From Desulfocapsa sulfexigens DSM 10523 (GTDB taxonomy: Bacteria > Desulfobacterota > Desulfobulbia > Desulfobulbales > Desulfocapsaceae), in NCBI RefSeq assembly GCF_000341395.1, contig NC_020304.1, forward strand, positions 930,001 to 962,000: a stretch of 32,000 nucleotides of DNA, given 5' to 3'. The position numbers and the translations under genes are program-made. Shown here piece by piece: positions 1 to 9,002 of this stretch. Every line of letters begins with the position of its first letter. Within the stretch, counting starts at the first letter, position 1. Below the pieces are notes generated by a model. The model was not told the DNA's origin. It was given only the letters and a program-made list of their open reading frames with translations, and did not search any database.

Positions 1-115
1 AAACACCGGGAGCATTGGGATTTTCAAAAGAGAAATCTTTGATATACATCTTCTGCATGCGAAAAACAGGATTGGTATCTTCTGCAGCATTATTGTTTGC
101 ATTTTCCTCTGTCAT
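1..115 (-). CDS. secB: SecB protein-export chaperone, 5' part only (gene runs off the window start)
   Basis: Not in the ORF track (under 60 aa inside the window). The minus-strand ATG at 115-113 has GAGGT about 9 nt upstream. The translation MTEENANNNAAEDTNPVFRMQKMYIKDFSFENPNAPGV matches the conserved SecB N-terminus (E. coli ...[20 protein letters not shown]). Confidence 0.75.
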   Translation of the reverse strand, partial: MTEENANNNAAEDTNPVFRMQKMYIKDFSFENPNAPGV

Positions 116-251
116 GTTTACCTACCTCAATAGACGGTTACTAAATATTCAATCAATGGTTACCCAACAATAAGGGCACCTTACAAAAATCTTCCTTATT
201 AAACAGTAAAATTGGTCGTTAGGCAAAGGAATTCCAAATTTTATCAAGAAG

Positions 252-3083
252 CTAACGTTTAAGCACATCACCGAGATAGTAACCTGTGAATGACCCTTTG
301 GATTGTACTATTTTTTCAGGGGTTCCAGTCGCCACAATATTGCCACCATTATCACCTCCTTCAGGCCCAACATCTATCACCCAATCCGCTGTTTTTATAA
401 CGTCAAGGTTATGCTCTATAACTACAACCGTATTTCCATTATCAACCAGTCGCCCCAGAACGCATAACAAGTGTTCAATATCAGCAGGATGCAGTCCAGT
501 TGTCGGTTCATCCAGAATGTAGAGCGTTTTACCACTGGCTCTGCCGGAAAGCTCTTTCGCCAACTTTACCCGTTGAGCTTCCCCGCCTGAAAGTGTCACC
601 GAGGACTGACCAAGGCTGATATAGGTGAGACCAACATCATAAAGAGTCTGTAATCTGTTCTTTACAGGAGGAATATTTTTGAAAAATTCCAGAGCCTCTT
701 CAACGGTCATCGAGAGGACTTCATGGATATTTTTGCCACGATATTTAATTTCCAATGTTTCCTGGTTATAGCGTTTTCCCTGACACGCCTCACACACCAC
801 ATATATATCGGGTAAAAAATGCATGGCAATCTTATTCACACCTTCACCCTCACAGGCCTCACAGCGTCCACCTTTAACATTGAAACTGAACTGGCCCAGC
901 TTATATCCCCGGACTCTGGACTCCGGTAGACGTGCGAATAGTTCACGAACAGGTGTAAAAACACCGGTATATGTAGCTGGATTGGAGCGGGGTGTTCTGC
1001 CAATGGGACTTTGGTCAATATCAACTATCTTATCAATCTTATCCAGGCCGCTAAGAGTGGTCTTCCCTATCCTGGCACAATCGAGTCTTCGCCCCACTCC
1101 CTCTTTTGCAAGAGGAAAAAGTGTTTCAATCACAAGTGAACTCTTTCCAGATCCTGATACTCCAGTAATGCAGGTCATTACTCCGAGGGGAAAGGAGACA
1201 TCAATATTTTTGAGATTATTAACAACACCATGCTTCAAACGAAGAAATTGCCTTTTGGCGGCTTTACGCCTTTTTTCAGGAACCGCAATATTCCTGCTTC
1301 CACAAAGATAATTCCCGGTCAACGATGTATCACATTTCAACAGGCCTTGGACATCACCAGCATAGACGACCTCCCCACCGTGCACCCCTGCTCCAGGGCC
1401 CATATCAAGTATGAAATCAGCAGTCATAATCGTGTCGGTATCATGTTCCACCACTATGACACTGTTCCCCATATCCCTTAATTCAATTAGAGTATTAATC
1501 AATTTCTGATTATCACGCTGATGAAGGCCAATACTAGGTTCGTCTAAAATATAGAGTACCCCGGCCAGTCTTGATCCTATCTGAGAGGCCAGTCTGATAC
1601 GCTGGGCCTCACCCCCGGAAAGGGTGCCTGATTTCCTTTCAAGGGACAAATAGCCTAGCCCCACATCTTCAAGAAACGATAACCTGTCAACAATCTCTTT
1701 CAAAATGGGTTCTGCTATCTGACGTTCACGACTAGAAAAGGGAATAAGAGGGAGATATTCGATCATCTGTTCAATGGATAGACAGGTGAGATCATAGATT
1801 GACCATTTACCCGCTTTCACAGACAGCGCCTCCGGCTTTAAACGCTCACCATGGCACTGTGGACACGTTTGTTCATTCATGAAACGGCCAAGTTCCTCTC
1901 TGATCATAGGAGAATTGGTCTCATGAAATCTTCTGTTCAGTTGCGGTATAACCCCCTCATACGGCTTCACTGTGGTCATCTTTCGGTGTCCTTTCTGATA
2001 ACAAAAGGAAATCGCTTCGGATCCTGAGCCATACAATAGAATATTCTGAAGTTTTTGAGGTAATTTAACGAAAGGAGTTGTCATGGAAAAGGAATAATGC
2101 TTTGCAACTGCTTCAAGCATCTGGCCTGAATAACTCTTTCCGGCACGTTTGCCCCAGGGCGCAATAGCGCCATTTTTTATACTGAGTGATGGATCGGGAA
2201 CAATAAGTCCTGCATCAAAAAACTGTTTCACCCCAAGCCCACCACATTCTTCACAGGCTCCTTGAGGATTGTTGAAAGAAAAAAGTTGGGTTGAAAGACG
2301 AGGCATGGAAATGCCACAACGATGGCAGGCGGCAAATTCGCTAAACAATTGATCTTCTCCACTGTCAGGAAAATGAACAAGCAGAAAGCCCTCAGTTAAC
2401 TTCACAGCAGTTGTAATGGAATCACTCAGCCTGCGAATGGACGAAGCCTTAATCACCACCCTATCGACCACAACCTCAATGGAATGATGTTTATTCTTCT
2501 CAAGTGCCTGCACGTCATCAGTATGAACAATCTCCCCATCAACCCTGATGCGAACAAAACCCTCTTTTCGGATACGTGTCAGCAACTGTTCATGACGCCC
2601 CTTCTTTCCAGTAACCATGGGAGCCAGTAAAACTACCTTGGTCCCTTCAGGAAACTGCGACAAGCTGCCAACCATGTCTTCAATGGATTGGGACCGAATC
2701 TCATCACCACACTCGGGACAATAGGGACGGCCACATCGCGCAAACAACAGACGCAGATGATCATAAATTTCAGTGACCGTACCCACGGTTGAGCGAGGAT
2801 TTTTCGATGTGGTCTTCTGTTCAATGGAGACGGCTGGAGACAAACCTTCAAGAGCATCAACATCTGGCTTATCCATCTGTCCAAGAAATTGGCGGGCATA
2901 AGTTGATAATGACTCCACATACCGTCTCTGCCCCTCAGCGTATAAAGTATCAAAGGCCAGTGTAGATTTCCCAGAACCGGACAAGCCGGTGAACACAACG
3001 AGGCTGTTCCTTGGAATGTCGACATTAACATTTTTAAGATTATGCATCCGCGCCCCGCGGATACTTATTTTGGCAGGTTCCAT
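252..3083 (-). CDS. uvrA: Excinuclease ABC subunit A (UvrA)
   Basis: 943-aa ORF with two ABC modules: Walker [10 protein letters not shown] and GVSGSGKSS, and signature LSGGEAQR twice. It has several CxxC zinc-finger pairs (CPECG, CHRCG, CEECGG, CPQCHG, CEACEG, CEACQG). Full-length UvrA architecture. Confidence 0.97.
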   Translation of the reverse strand: MEPAKISIRGARMHNLKNVNVDIPRNSLVVFTGLSGSGKSTLAFDTLYAEGQRRYVESLSTYARQFLGQMDKPDVDALEGLSPAVSIEQKTTSKNPRSTVGTVTEIYDHLRLLFARCGRPYCPECGDEIRSQSIEDMVGSLSQFPEGTKVVLLAPMVTGKKGRHEQLLTRIRKEGFVRIRVDGEIVHTDDVQALEKNKHHSIEVVVDRVVIKASSIRRLSDSITTAVKLTEGFLLVHFPDSGEDQLFSEFAACHRCGISMPRLSTQLFSFNNPQGACEECGGLGVKQFFDAGLIVPDPSLSIKNGAIAPWGKRAGKSYSGQMLEAVAKHYSFSMTTPFVKLPQKLQNILLYGSGSEAISFCYQKGHRKMTTVKPYEGVIPQLNRRFHETNSPMIREELGRFMNEQTCPQCHGERLKPEALSVKAGKWSIYDLTCLSIEQMIEYLPLIPFSSRERQIAEPILKEIVDRLSFLEDVGLGYLSLERKSGTLSGGEAQRIRLASQIGSRLAGVLYILDEPSIGLHQRDNQKLINTLIELRDMGNSVIVVEHDTDTIMTADFILDMGPGAGVHGGEVVYAGDVQGLLKCDTSLTGNYLCGSRNIAVPEKRRKAAKRQFLRLKHGVVNNLKNIDVSFPLGVMTCITGVSGSGKSSLVIETLFPLAKEGVGRRLDCARIGKTTLSGLDKIDKIVDIDQSPIGRTPRSNPATYTGVFTPVRELFARLPESRVRGYKLGQFSFNVKGGRCEACEGEGVNKIAMHFLPDIYVVCEACQGKRYNQETLEIKYRGKNIHEVLSMTVEEALEFFKNIPPVKNRLQTLYDVGLTYISLGQSSVTLSGGEAQRVKLAKELSGRASGKTLYILDEPTTGLHPADIEHLLCVLGRLVDNGNTVVVIEHNLDVIKTADWVIDVGPEGGDNGGNIVATGTPEKIVQSKGSFTGYYLGDVLKR

Positions 3084-3107
3084 CGTTTGAGTAGAATGTC
3101 TTCGGTA

Positions 3108-3515
3108 TTATAAATTCGCATGATCAACCTTAATGCAGCGATCCATGACAACTTTGATCCCTGCTTCCTCCGCAAGTGCTGCAGCATCATAATTGACTAT
3201 CCCCTGCTGCATCCAGACGACCTTAGCCTGAATTGCAATGGCTGCCTCAACAATTGGATAGACATCTTCACTCCGCCTGAAGATATCGACAATATCCACA
3301 GGCCCGGGAATGGACGCAAGATCGGGATAAGAAACCACCCCTAGAATTTTGTCGACGCCAGGATTGACGGGATAGACCGTAAACCCGGCATCCATCAGGT
3401 ATTTTCCGACCATATGACTGGGCCTGCCAGGCTTAGGAGAAAACCCCACTACTGCAATCGTCTGAGCTGCACGTAAAATTGCGCTAACCGATGTCATGGA
3501 GTGTAAAGTAAACAT
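3108..3515 (-). CDS. CoA-binding domain protein (YccU/YneT-like)
   Basis: 135-aa ORF. IAVVGFSPKPGRPSHMVGKYL...GFTVYPVNP...VDIVDIFR...VWMQQG is typical of the CoA_binding_2 family. It lies 24 nt upstream of uvrA on the same strand. Confidence 0.8.
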   Translation of the reverse strand: MFTLHSMTSVSAILRAAQTIAVVGFSPKPGRPSHMVGKYLMDAGFTVYPVNPGVDKILGVVSYPDLASIPGPVDIVDIFRRSEDVYPIVEAAIAIQAKVVWMQQGIVNYDAAALAEEAGIKVVMDRCIKVDHANL

Positions 3516-3732
3516 AACGAAAACCTAAAATATTTTTTCATAGTATTTCAATAAGTTCTCACAAAACCTGAAAAATAATGATTTACCCGGGATACCAGCT
3601 ATGGTAAATGTGCTAAATTAAACTTTTCATTAAAGATATTGCTTTGTAAAGAAACTTACTCGGATGATCGAGTGTGAAAAGTAATCAGAATCGAACAAAA
3701 AGCAACCTTCTTAATCATTACAGGAACAGTGA

Positions 3733-4614
3733 ATGAATTTTCAGGATATCATCTCTCAGCTGAATCAATACTGGGCAGATCAGGGCTGTGTTATTCAACA
3801 ACCATATGATATGGAAGTGGGTGCCGGGACATTTCACCCAGCCACTTTACTCCGCTCCCTTGGCCCGGAACCATGGAAAGCCGCATATGTACAACCCTCC
3901 AGAAGACCAACCGATGGTCGCTACGGTGACAACCCTAACCGCCTCCAACATTATTACCAGTATCAGGTAGTCCTCAAACCATCACCCATCGAGGTACAGG
4001 AACTCTACCTCGGAAGCTTAAAACGCTTTGGTCTCGACCTGCTTGAGCACGACATCCGCTTTGTTGAAGACGACTGGGAATCCCCGACTTTAGGTGCCTG
4101 GGGACTTGGCTGGGAAGTATGGCTTGACGGGATGGAAATCACCCAGTTCACCTATTTTCAACAGACAGGCTCCATCGATCTCCACCCAACGACGGTTGAA
4201 ATTACCTACGGACTCGAACGAATCGCCATGTACCTGCAAGGCGTGGACTCTGTATATGATATTGCCTGGAATGATTCTATCAGCTATGGAGACATCTTCC
4301 ATCAGGCAGAAGTCGAGTTTTCCACCTTTAACTTTGAAGAGGCAAATGTTCCGGAGCTGATCAACTTTTTCAACACCTACGAGGAAGAAGGACTCAAACT
4401 TATCGCTAAGGGACTGATCCTGCCCGCATATGATTACTGCCTGAAATGTTCACATACATTCAACCTCCTCGATGCAAGAAAGGCAATTAGTGTGGCCGAA
4501 CGAACACGGTATATCGGCAGAATTAGAAATATCGCAAGAAAAGTTGCAAGTGGATACGTGACTCAACGGGAGGAGATGGGCCACCCTCTGATAAAGAAAA
4601 CAGAGACAGTGTAG
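3733..4614 (+). CDS. glyQ: Glycine--tRNA ligase alpha subunit
   Basis: 293-aa ORF carrying the highly conserved GlyQ core [28 protein letters not shown] and [28 protein letters not shown] lies upstream of the ATG. Confidence 0.97.
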   Translation: MNFQDIISQLNQYWADQGCVIQQPYDMEVGAGTFHPATLLRSLGPEPWKAAYVQPSRRPTDGRYGDNPNRLQHYYQYQVVLKPSPIEVQELYLGSLKRFGLDLLEHDIRFVEDDWESPTLGAWGLGWEVWLDGMEITQFTYFQQTGSIDLHPTTVEITYGLERIAMYLQGVDSVYDIAWNDSISYGDIFHQAEVEFSTFNFEEANVPELINFFNTYEEEGLKLIAKGLILPAYDYCLKCSHTFNLLDARKAISVAERTRYIGRIRNIARKVASGYVTQREEMGHPLIKKTETV

Positions 4615-4629
4615 TGTAGAAAAGGAGAG

Positions 4630-4727
4630 TGGCGGAAGTGCATGGGAATCGAACCCACCTATCGAGCTATTAACCCGATACACCGGATTTGAAGTCCGGG
4701 AGCGCCACCAGTGCACTATCCACTTCC
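4630..4727 (-). tRNA. selC: tRNA-Sec (anticodon UCA)
   Basis: The reverse complement reads GGAAGTGGATAGTGCACTGGTGGCGCTCCCGGACTTCAAATCCGGTGTATCGGGTTAATAGCTCGATAGGTGGGTTCGATTCCCATGCACTTCCGCCA (98 nt). The anticodon stem is CCGGA/TCCGG with loop CTTCAAA, giving anticodon TCA. It has a long variable arm (TATCGGG...CTCGATA), an extended D-stem and an encoded CCA. The GGAAG...CTTCCGCCA ends resemble E. coli selC. Confidence 0.9.
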
Positions 4728-4887
4728 ACAATATATGCGATCACTGTAATACCAATAATGATGGAAAACAACTTTTTTATAATTTGCCTTCTAAGAAGAG
4801 AATGTTTATTTTGCTCGTTAATTTGCCGATAAAACGGAAAAACAGATAATTACTCTAAATCAATTACTCAGGTAAACACAAAAGAAT

Positions 4888-5235
4888 ATGCAGTGCGAAC
4901 GACTCATTAAACAGATCAAAGGATGGTACTTCCACGTAAGCAATGAAACCATGGCCCCAGCGCGAATGGTCTCATTTATTGAGAAACATGCCGCAGAATG
5001 TTCAATCTGCCTTGCCGACCCGGACCTCCAGAAAGAAATTGAAAGAATCACAGAGATAATCCTTCCTGAATCCAAAATTCCCAAGGCAGTTCGAATGCAG
5101 CAGGAACAGGATGAGCTTGAAAGAAGAGCAGCTGACGACGATGATGAAGAAAATGATGATGAGGATGATAACGATGAGGATGATGACGACATTGAGGATG
5201 ACGAGGATGATGACGATATCATTGAGGATGATTGA
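4888..5235 (+). CDS. Small hypothetical protein: N-terminal ZAS-like Hx3Cx2C motif plus poly-Asp/Glu C-terminal tail
   Basis: 115-aa ORF with C3...H34-AAE-C38-SI-C41, the spacing of a zf-HC2 / zinc-binding anti-sigma motif. 28 of the last 33 residues are D/E (5134-5232). A hairpin with a T-run terminator follows at 5269-5308. No convincing SD precedes any of the three candidate Met codons (4888, 4951, 4966), so the start is uncertain. Confidence 0.5.
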   Translation: MQCERLIKQIKGWYFHVSNETMAPARMVSFIEKHAAECSICLADPDLQKEIERITEIILPESKIPKAVRMQQEQDELERRAADDDDEENDDEDDNDEDDDDIEDDEDDDDIIEDD

Positions 5236-5268
5236 CCGAACCTTTCTCACCAGCGAATGCTAAGACGC

Positions 5269-5308
5269 AAAAAAAAAGCCAGTCACAATTGAGTGATTGG
5301 CTTTTTTT
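5269..5308. terminator. Bidirectional intrinsic terminator (A9 - hairpin - T7)
   Basis: AAAAAAAAA-GCCAGTCAC-aattga-GTGATTGGC-TTTTTTT. The ~10-bp stem has one G-T pair and is flanked by an A-run and a T-run. It sits between the acidic-protein gene (+) and tRNA-Pro (-). Confidence 0.6.
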
Positions 5309-5321
5309 ATTACTTCACAAA

Positions 5322-5399
5322 TGGTCGGGGCGGTAGGATTCGAACCTACGGCCTCCTGCTCCCAAGGCAGGCGCGCTAACCAGGCTGCGCTACGCCCCG
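5322..5399 (-). tRNA. tRNA-Pro (anticodon UGG)
   Basis: The reverse complement folds as a perfect cloverleaf: CGGGGCG TA GCGC AGCCTGGTTA GCGC G CCTGC CTTGGGA GCAGG AGGCC GTAGG TTCGAAT CCTAC CGCCCCG A CCA. Anticodon TGG, CCA encoded. Confidence 0.95.
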
Positions 5400-5403
5400 A
5401 CTC

Positions 5404-5442
5404 AAAAAAAAGGAAAAAAGCCCGACCACAAACGATCGGGCT
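5404..5442 (-). terminator. Intrinsic terminator downstream of tRNA-Asn
   Basis: The minus strand reads AGCCCGA-tcgtttgtgg-TCGGGCT followed by TTTTTTCCTTTTTTTT. It lies in the 52-nt spacer between tRNA-Asn and tRNA-Pro. Confidence 0.55.
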
Positions 5443-5451
5443 TGGTATTTT

Positions 5452-5527
5452 TGGCTCCTCGAGCAAGACTCGAACTTGCGACAAGGTGGTTAACAGCCAC
5501 CTGCTCTACCAACTGAGCTATCGAGGA
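5452..5527 (-). tRNA. tRNA-Asn (anticodon GUU)
   Basis: The reverse complement folds as a clean cloverleaf: TCCTCGA TA GCTC AGTTGGTA GAGC A GGTGG CTGTTAA CCACC TTGTC GCAAG TTCGAGT CTTGC TCGAGGA G CCA. Anticodon GTT, CCA encoded. Confidence 0.95.
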
Positions 5528-5571
5528 TTAAACACAACAGGATGATGACAGCAACAACCTGTAGGCCGACG

Positions 5572-5600
5572 AATATAAACGACCATGGTTACACTGTCAA
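5572..5600 (-). promoter_or_regulatory. Sigma-70-like promoter candidate for tRNA-Asn
   Basis: Minus strand TTGACA (5600-5595), a 17-nt spacer, then TATATT (5577-5572). This sits about 45 nt upstream of the tRNA-Asn 5' end. Confidence 0.45.
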
Positions 5601-5650
5601 TATTTTTTTCTTCACCTGGCAATCATAAAACCTATTCCTTTTATGGACCC

Positions 5651-8299
5651 TTAAGTAAAAGTCGCTTCCCTTCTCTTCATAAAAAAAAGTTGCAAAACAG
5701 CATAGCCCCGGCACAGAAGATAAAAGCATAAAGCAGAACCACCGAGCAGGAGGAGCTGCCTGCCATCGAGCGCTGAAATTTTAAAGATATCACGCAACGG
5801 CGTGTACATAAGTACAAGTTGAACAACGACAGAAAACACAACTGCAGCCCATACCCACCAGTTGGAAAAGAGAGGTACTCGATAATCTCTTCGAATCACA
5901 AAGACTAAAACCACTTCATAGAGCACAACAAAGTTAAAAACTATTGTCTGCCCCAGTTTCAGCTCTTCTCCATCACCATTTGCTCCCCCATAGAGCGAAA
6001 AAAGAAATAAGGCAAAACCTGTACCGATACTCCCCAAAACCCCGATCAAAACGAGCTTATCCAGGGGAAGTATATTCTCTTTCGCGTCTTTTGGCTGGCG
6101 GGTCATAATATCAGTGCCGTAAGGATCCACGCTGAATGCGAGTGCAGGCGCTCCATCTGTTACCATATTAATCCAGAGAAGCAGGATAGCGGTAAGCGGC
6201 AAATTCATCCCAGTCATCACTGCAAGGAAAATGATCAATACTTCACCAAAATTTCCAGAAAGAAGGAGCATGATCGATTTCTGAATATTATCATAAATCC
6301 CACGGCCTTCCCGTATGGCACTCACGATATGACTAAAACTGTCATCAAGGAGAACAATATCAGAAGCCTCTTTAGCCACCTCGGTGCCACTCCCCACGGC
6401 AATACCTATATTTGCTTTCTTCAGTGCCGGAGCGTCATTAACTCCGTCCCCAGTCATCGCAACCGTGTGTCCCATTCCTTGTAGAGCTGTAACTATACGC
6501 TGTTTATGCTCCGGAATAACTCTGGCAAAGATATTTATTCCACTCTGCAGTACTGAGGTCAGGGCGGCATCATCCATGTTATCAATTTCATGACCAGTAC
6601 ACACTTCGCTCTCAATCCCGATCTCTCTGCCAATAGCCCTGGCCGTTGTCTGGTAATCACCTGTCACCATTATCACTCGGATCCCGGCCTCCGATGTTGT
6701 TCGAATGGCCGGCAACACATCCTGGCGTGGGGGATCTATCATTGCCTGAAACCCGATAAACGTCAGCCCTTCCTCATCAAGTGGCTCCGTTGCATCTTTC
6801 TGCTTCCACGCAAAAGCAAGAACACGCATGGCCTGTCCTGCATAGAGATCGTTCTGATTCTCAATTTGAGACATTGCCTCCTGATCAAGGGGGAGAATCT
6901 CTCCACTTCTGTAATAGCTGCTGCAGTGTTTCAGGAGATGCCCTGGAGCGCCTTTACTGAAAACAGAAAACTGCCCCTGATCATCCTGGAGTAAAACACT
7001 CATCATCTTTCTTTCGGAATCAAATGGGATTTCATCTATCCGCTTGTCTGTTCCCTTCAAACCAAGCTTTCCACCACTGGTCAACAGAGCACCCTCGGTC
7101 GGGTCACCTATCAGTTCCCATTTTCCACTGCGCTGATGCAACTCTGCATTGTTACATAGAAGTCCTGCTTTGAAGAGTAGCTCCACAGGTTCTCCCTTTA
7201 CGTCTCCAACTGGCTCATAGCCAATGCCCTGCAATTCAATTTCACCGTCCATGGTCCAGCCATAGCGAACTGTCATCCGATTCTCGGTCAGTGTTCCTGT
7301 CTTATCAGTACAGATCACATCACAGCTCCCCAGAGTTTCCACAGAGGAGAGCTTCCGTACCAACGCCTTCTTCTTCAATAATCGCTTCACTCCAATGCTG
7401 AGCGCAATGGTTACCACGGCCGGCAGAGCTGTTGGTACTGCTGCAACAGCGAGACTTATGGCAATAAAGAGAAAGGCAACAAAGGTTTGTCCGGTGAGCC
7501 CTCCCGTGAAAAAGGCCTGAATACTCAGCACACTGAAGACCACAAGACAGACAAGCAGAATAACCGCCCCAAGCCTCTTACCAAATCTATGCAAACGCAG
7601 CTGCAGGGGCGTCAACTCATCAACTGCTCCGGAAATAAGAGCAGAAATCTTTCCGATCTCAGTTTCCATACCCGTGCCAACCACAACTGCCAGGCAGTTA
7701 CCAACAACCACCGAGGTGGTGGAAAAGAGCATGTTCACCTGCTCGCCGATCTGAACGTTCTCTGCAATAACTCCGCTTCCTTTTTCCGCAGGGACACTCT
7801 CCCCAGTCAAAGCTGACTCTTCCACCTTCAAACGAACCGATTCAAGAATTCGGGCATCTGCCGGAACTTTGTCACCGGCAGTCAGCACAAGGACATCACC
7901 AGGAACCAAGTCTGCAGCATCTACTACTCTTTTCTCACCTCCCCGTACAACGGTGGCGTGGAGAGCGGCTATCTTTTTAAGGGCTTCAAGAGAACGATAT
8001 GCATTCAGTTCCTGGAAAAAACCGATCAGGGCGTTGGCAAGAAGAATAGCAAGGATGAGAATGGAATCTATATATTCGCCTATGATACAAGAAAAAACAA
8101 CGGCAAACAGCAGAATATAGATGATAAAACTTTTGAACTGGTCAAAGAAAATGACCAGAGGATTTACAGCTTCCGCAGTCTCCAGAACATTAGGGCCATA
8201 ACGGAGGAGACGTTCGTGAACCTCTGCAGAGTCGAGTCCATCACGACCGGAACCCAGATCTCCAAGAACCTCTTCTCCTGATTTCTGCGAATAATGCAC
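5651..8299 (-). CDS. Cation-transporting P-type ATPase (P2/P3-like, 10-TM class)
   Basis: 882-aa ORF with LTGES, the phosphorylation site CTDKTGTLT (D332), the TGDGVNDAPALKKA hinge and PEHKQRIV. The N-terminal Cation_ATPase_N-like segment reads LDSAEVHERLLRYGPN. It has a GTG start with GGAGAG 4 nt upstream. The TM4 motif is VPTALP rather than PEGLP (see findings). Confidence 0.93.
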   Translation of the reverse strand: MHYSQKSGEEVLGDLGSGRDGLDSAEVHERLLRYGPNVLETAEAVNPLVIFFDQFKSFIIYILLFAVVFSCIIGEYIDSILILAILLANALIGFFQELNAYRSLEALKKIAALHATVVRGGEKRVVDAADLVPGDVLVLTAGDKVPADARILESVRLKVEESALTGESVPAEKGSGVIAENVQIGEQVNMLFSTTSVVVGNCLAVVVGTGMETEIGKISALISGAVDELTPLQLRLHRFGKRLGAVILLVCLVVFSVLSIQAFFTGGLTGQTFVAFLFIAISLAVAAVPTALPAVVTIALSIGVKRLLKKKALVRKLSSVETLGSCDVICTDKTGTLTENRMTVRYGWTMDGEIELQGIGYEPVGDVKGEPVELLFKAGLLCNNAELHQRSGKWELIGDPTEGALLTSGGKLGLKGTDKRIDEIPFDSERKMMSVLLQDDQGQFSVFSKGAPGHLLKHCSSYYRSGEILPLDQEAMSQIENQNDLYAGQAMRVLAFAWKQKDATEPLDEEGLTFIGFQAMIDPPRQDVLPAIRTTSEAGIRVIMVTGDYQTTARAIGREIGIESEVCTGHEIDNMDDAALTSVLQSGINIFARVIPEHKQRIVTALQGMGHTVAMTGDGVNDAPALKKANIGIAVGSGTEVAKEASDIVLLDDSFSHIVSAIREGRGIYDNIQKSIMLLLSGNFGEVLIIFLAVMTGMNLPLTAILLLWINMVTDGAPALAFSVDPYGTDIMTRQPKDAKENILPLDKLVLIGVLGSIGTGFALFLFSLYGGANGDGEELKLGQTIVFNFVVLYEVVLVFVIRRDYRVPLFSNWWVWAAVVFSVVVQLVLMYTPLRDIFKISALDGRQLLLLGGSALCFYLLCRGYAVLQLFFMKRREATFT

Positions 8300-8368
8300 A
8301 GACTCTCCAATGTCATGAAAAACTTCTTACCCTATTGATTTTCGGTCACTGACTACGAAGGGCATTCA

Positions 8369-8950
8369 CTACGGAACCGGAGGGAAACCTCCAAGGATAG
8401 CATCTATCGCGTTATTGATATTTCGGGTAACCTCCTTCGGATCATCATTCCCACCCAGACGATCGACCCCAGTACCACGCCATATCAATTTATGCTGCTC
8501 ATGATCCAGGATATCCACTATCAAAGTACCCACTTCGTACTCTCTGGCTGTTGTTCTCCGCATTCCGCCCATACCGGTCGTCATAAAGGGATCACGACCT
8601 AAAGCACCATAACCGTAGGGGCTGTAAAAGTGATCTATGGTATCCACCTGCAGCTTGCTATCGATCGCACCCAACCAACTCACAAGAAAATCAGCGGAAG
8701 TTGCTTCACTCTTCACATATCCTTTTGCAGCTAGATTCCTCTCCACTGCACCACGAACTCTATCAATAACGAGGTCATTATTTATCCGGACGTCACTCCC
8801 CGGTGCCTTGCCATCATCCAGCCAAGCATATGTTTTGAGTTTTGTAAAATCGTAGGCCGGATCGTAATCGGCATTGACACTGAGTGTGGAACAAGCCCCA
8901 CAAACAAACAGCAGGGTTAGAACACAAGCAAAACTCGCAAATCGTCTCAT
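8369..8950 (-). CDS. DUF4136-like (lipo)protein
   Basis: I place the start at the internal ATG at 8950 (MRRFASFACVLTLLFVCGACS...), which has GGAGAG 9 nt upstream. It has a signal peptide with a Cys-containing lipobox-like end. The mature part begins ADYDPAYDFTKLKTYAW, typical of DUF4136. The family assignment is from memory. Confidence 0.65.
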   Translation of the reverse strand: MRRFASFACVLTLLFVCGACSTLSVNADYDPAYDFTKLKTYAWLDDGKAPGSDVRINNDLVIDRVRGAVERNLAAKGYVKSEATSADFLVSWLGAIDSKLQVDTIDHFYSPYGYGALGRDPFMTTGMGGMRRTTAREYEVGTLIVDILDHEQHKLIWRGTGVDRLGGNDDPKEVTRNINNAIDAILGGFPPVP

Positions 8951-9002
8951 CTGACTAACTCTCCATTTAAAGAACACTCCAAATCTCAAATTCAGAGAAA
9001 CA

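Noticed and set aside
3684-3700. A short match (GAATCGAAC) to the T-arm of tRNA-Sec upstream of glyQ, considered as an att-like duplication marking an integrated island.
   Set aside because: Only about 9 nt match, with no extended tRNA 3'-end repeat. No integrase or mobile genes lie between the copies, and the intervening gene is the essential glyQ.
3516-3732. A possible T-box or other leader upstream of glyQ.
   Set aside because: There is no T-box consensus (AGGGTGGNACCGCG-like) and no specifier or antiterminator architecture. There is only a small CTCG-GATGAT-CGAG hairpin.
4860-5250. Two minus-strand ORFs antisense to the acidic-tail gene: a poly-Ser ORF (4860-5222) and a hydrophobic Ile/Val-rich ORF (5002-5250).
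   Set aside because: They are mirror-frame artefacts of the GAT/GAC repeat. The plus-strand frame has the Hx3Cx2C motif and a downstream terminator. The minus-strand frames would run into the tRNA-Sec promoter region with no start signals. The coding call for the plus strand is itself only moderate.
5260-5545. ORFs of 74 aa (-) and 82 aa (+) in the ORF track.
   Set aside because: They are fully explained by tRNA-Pro, tRNA-Asn and the two terminator hairpins.
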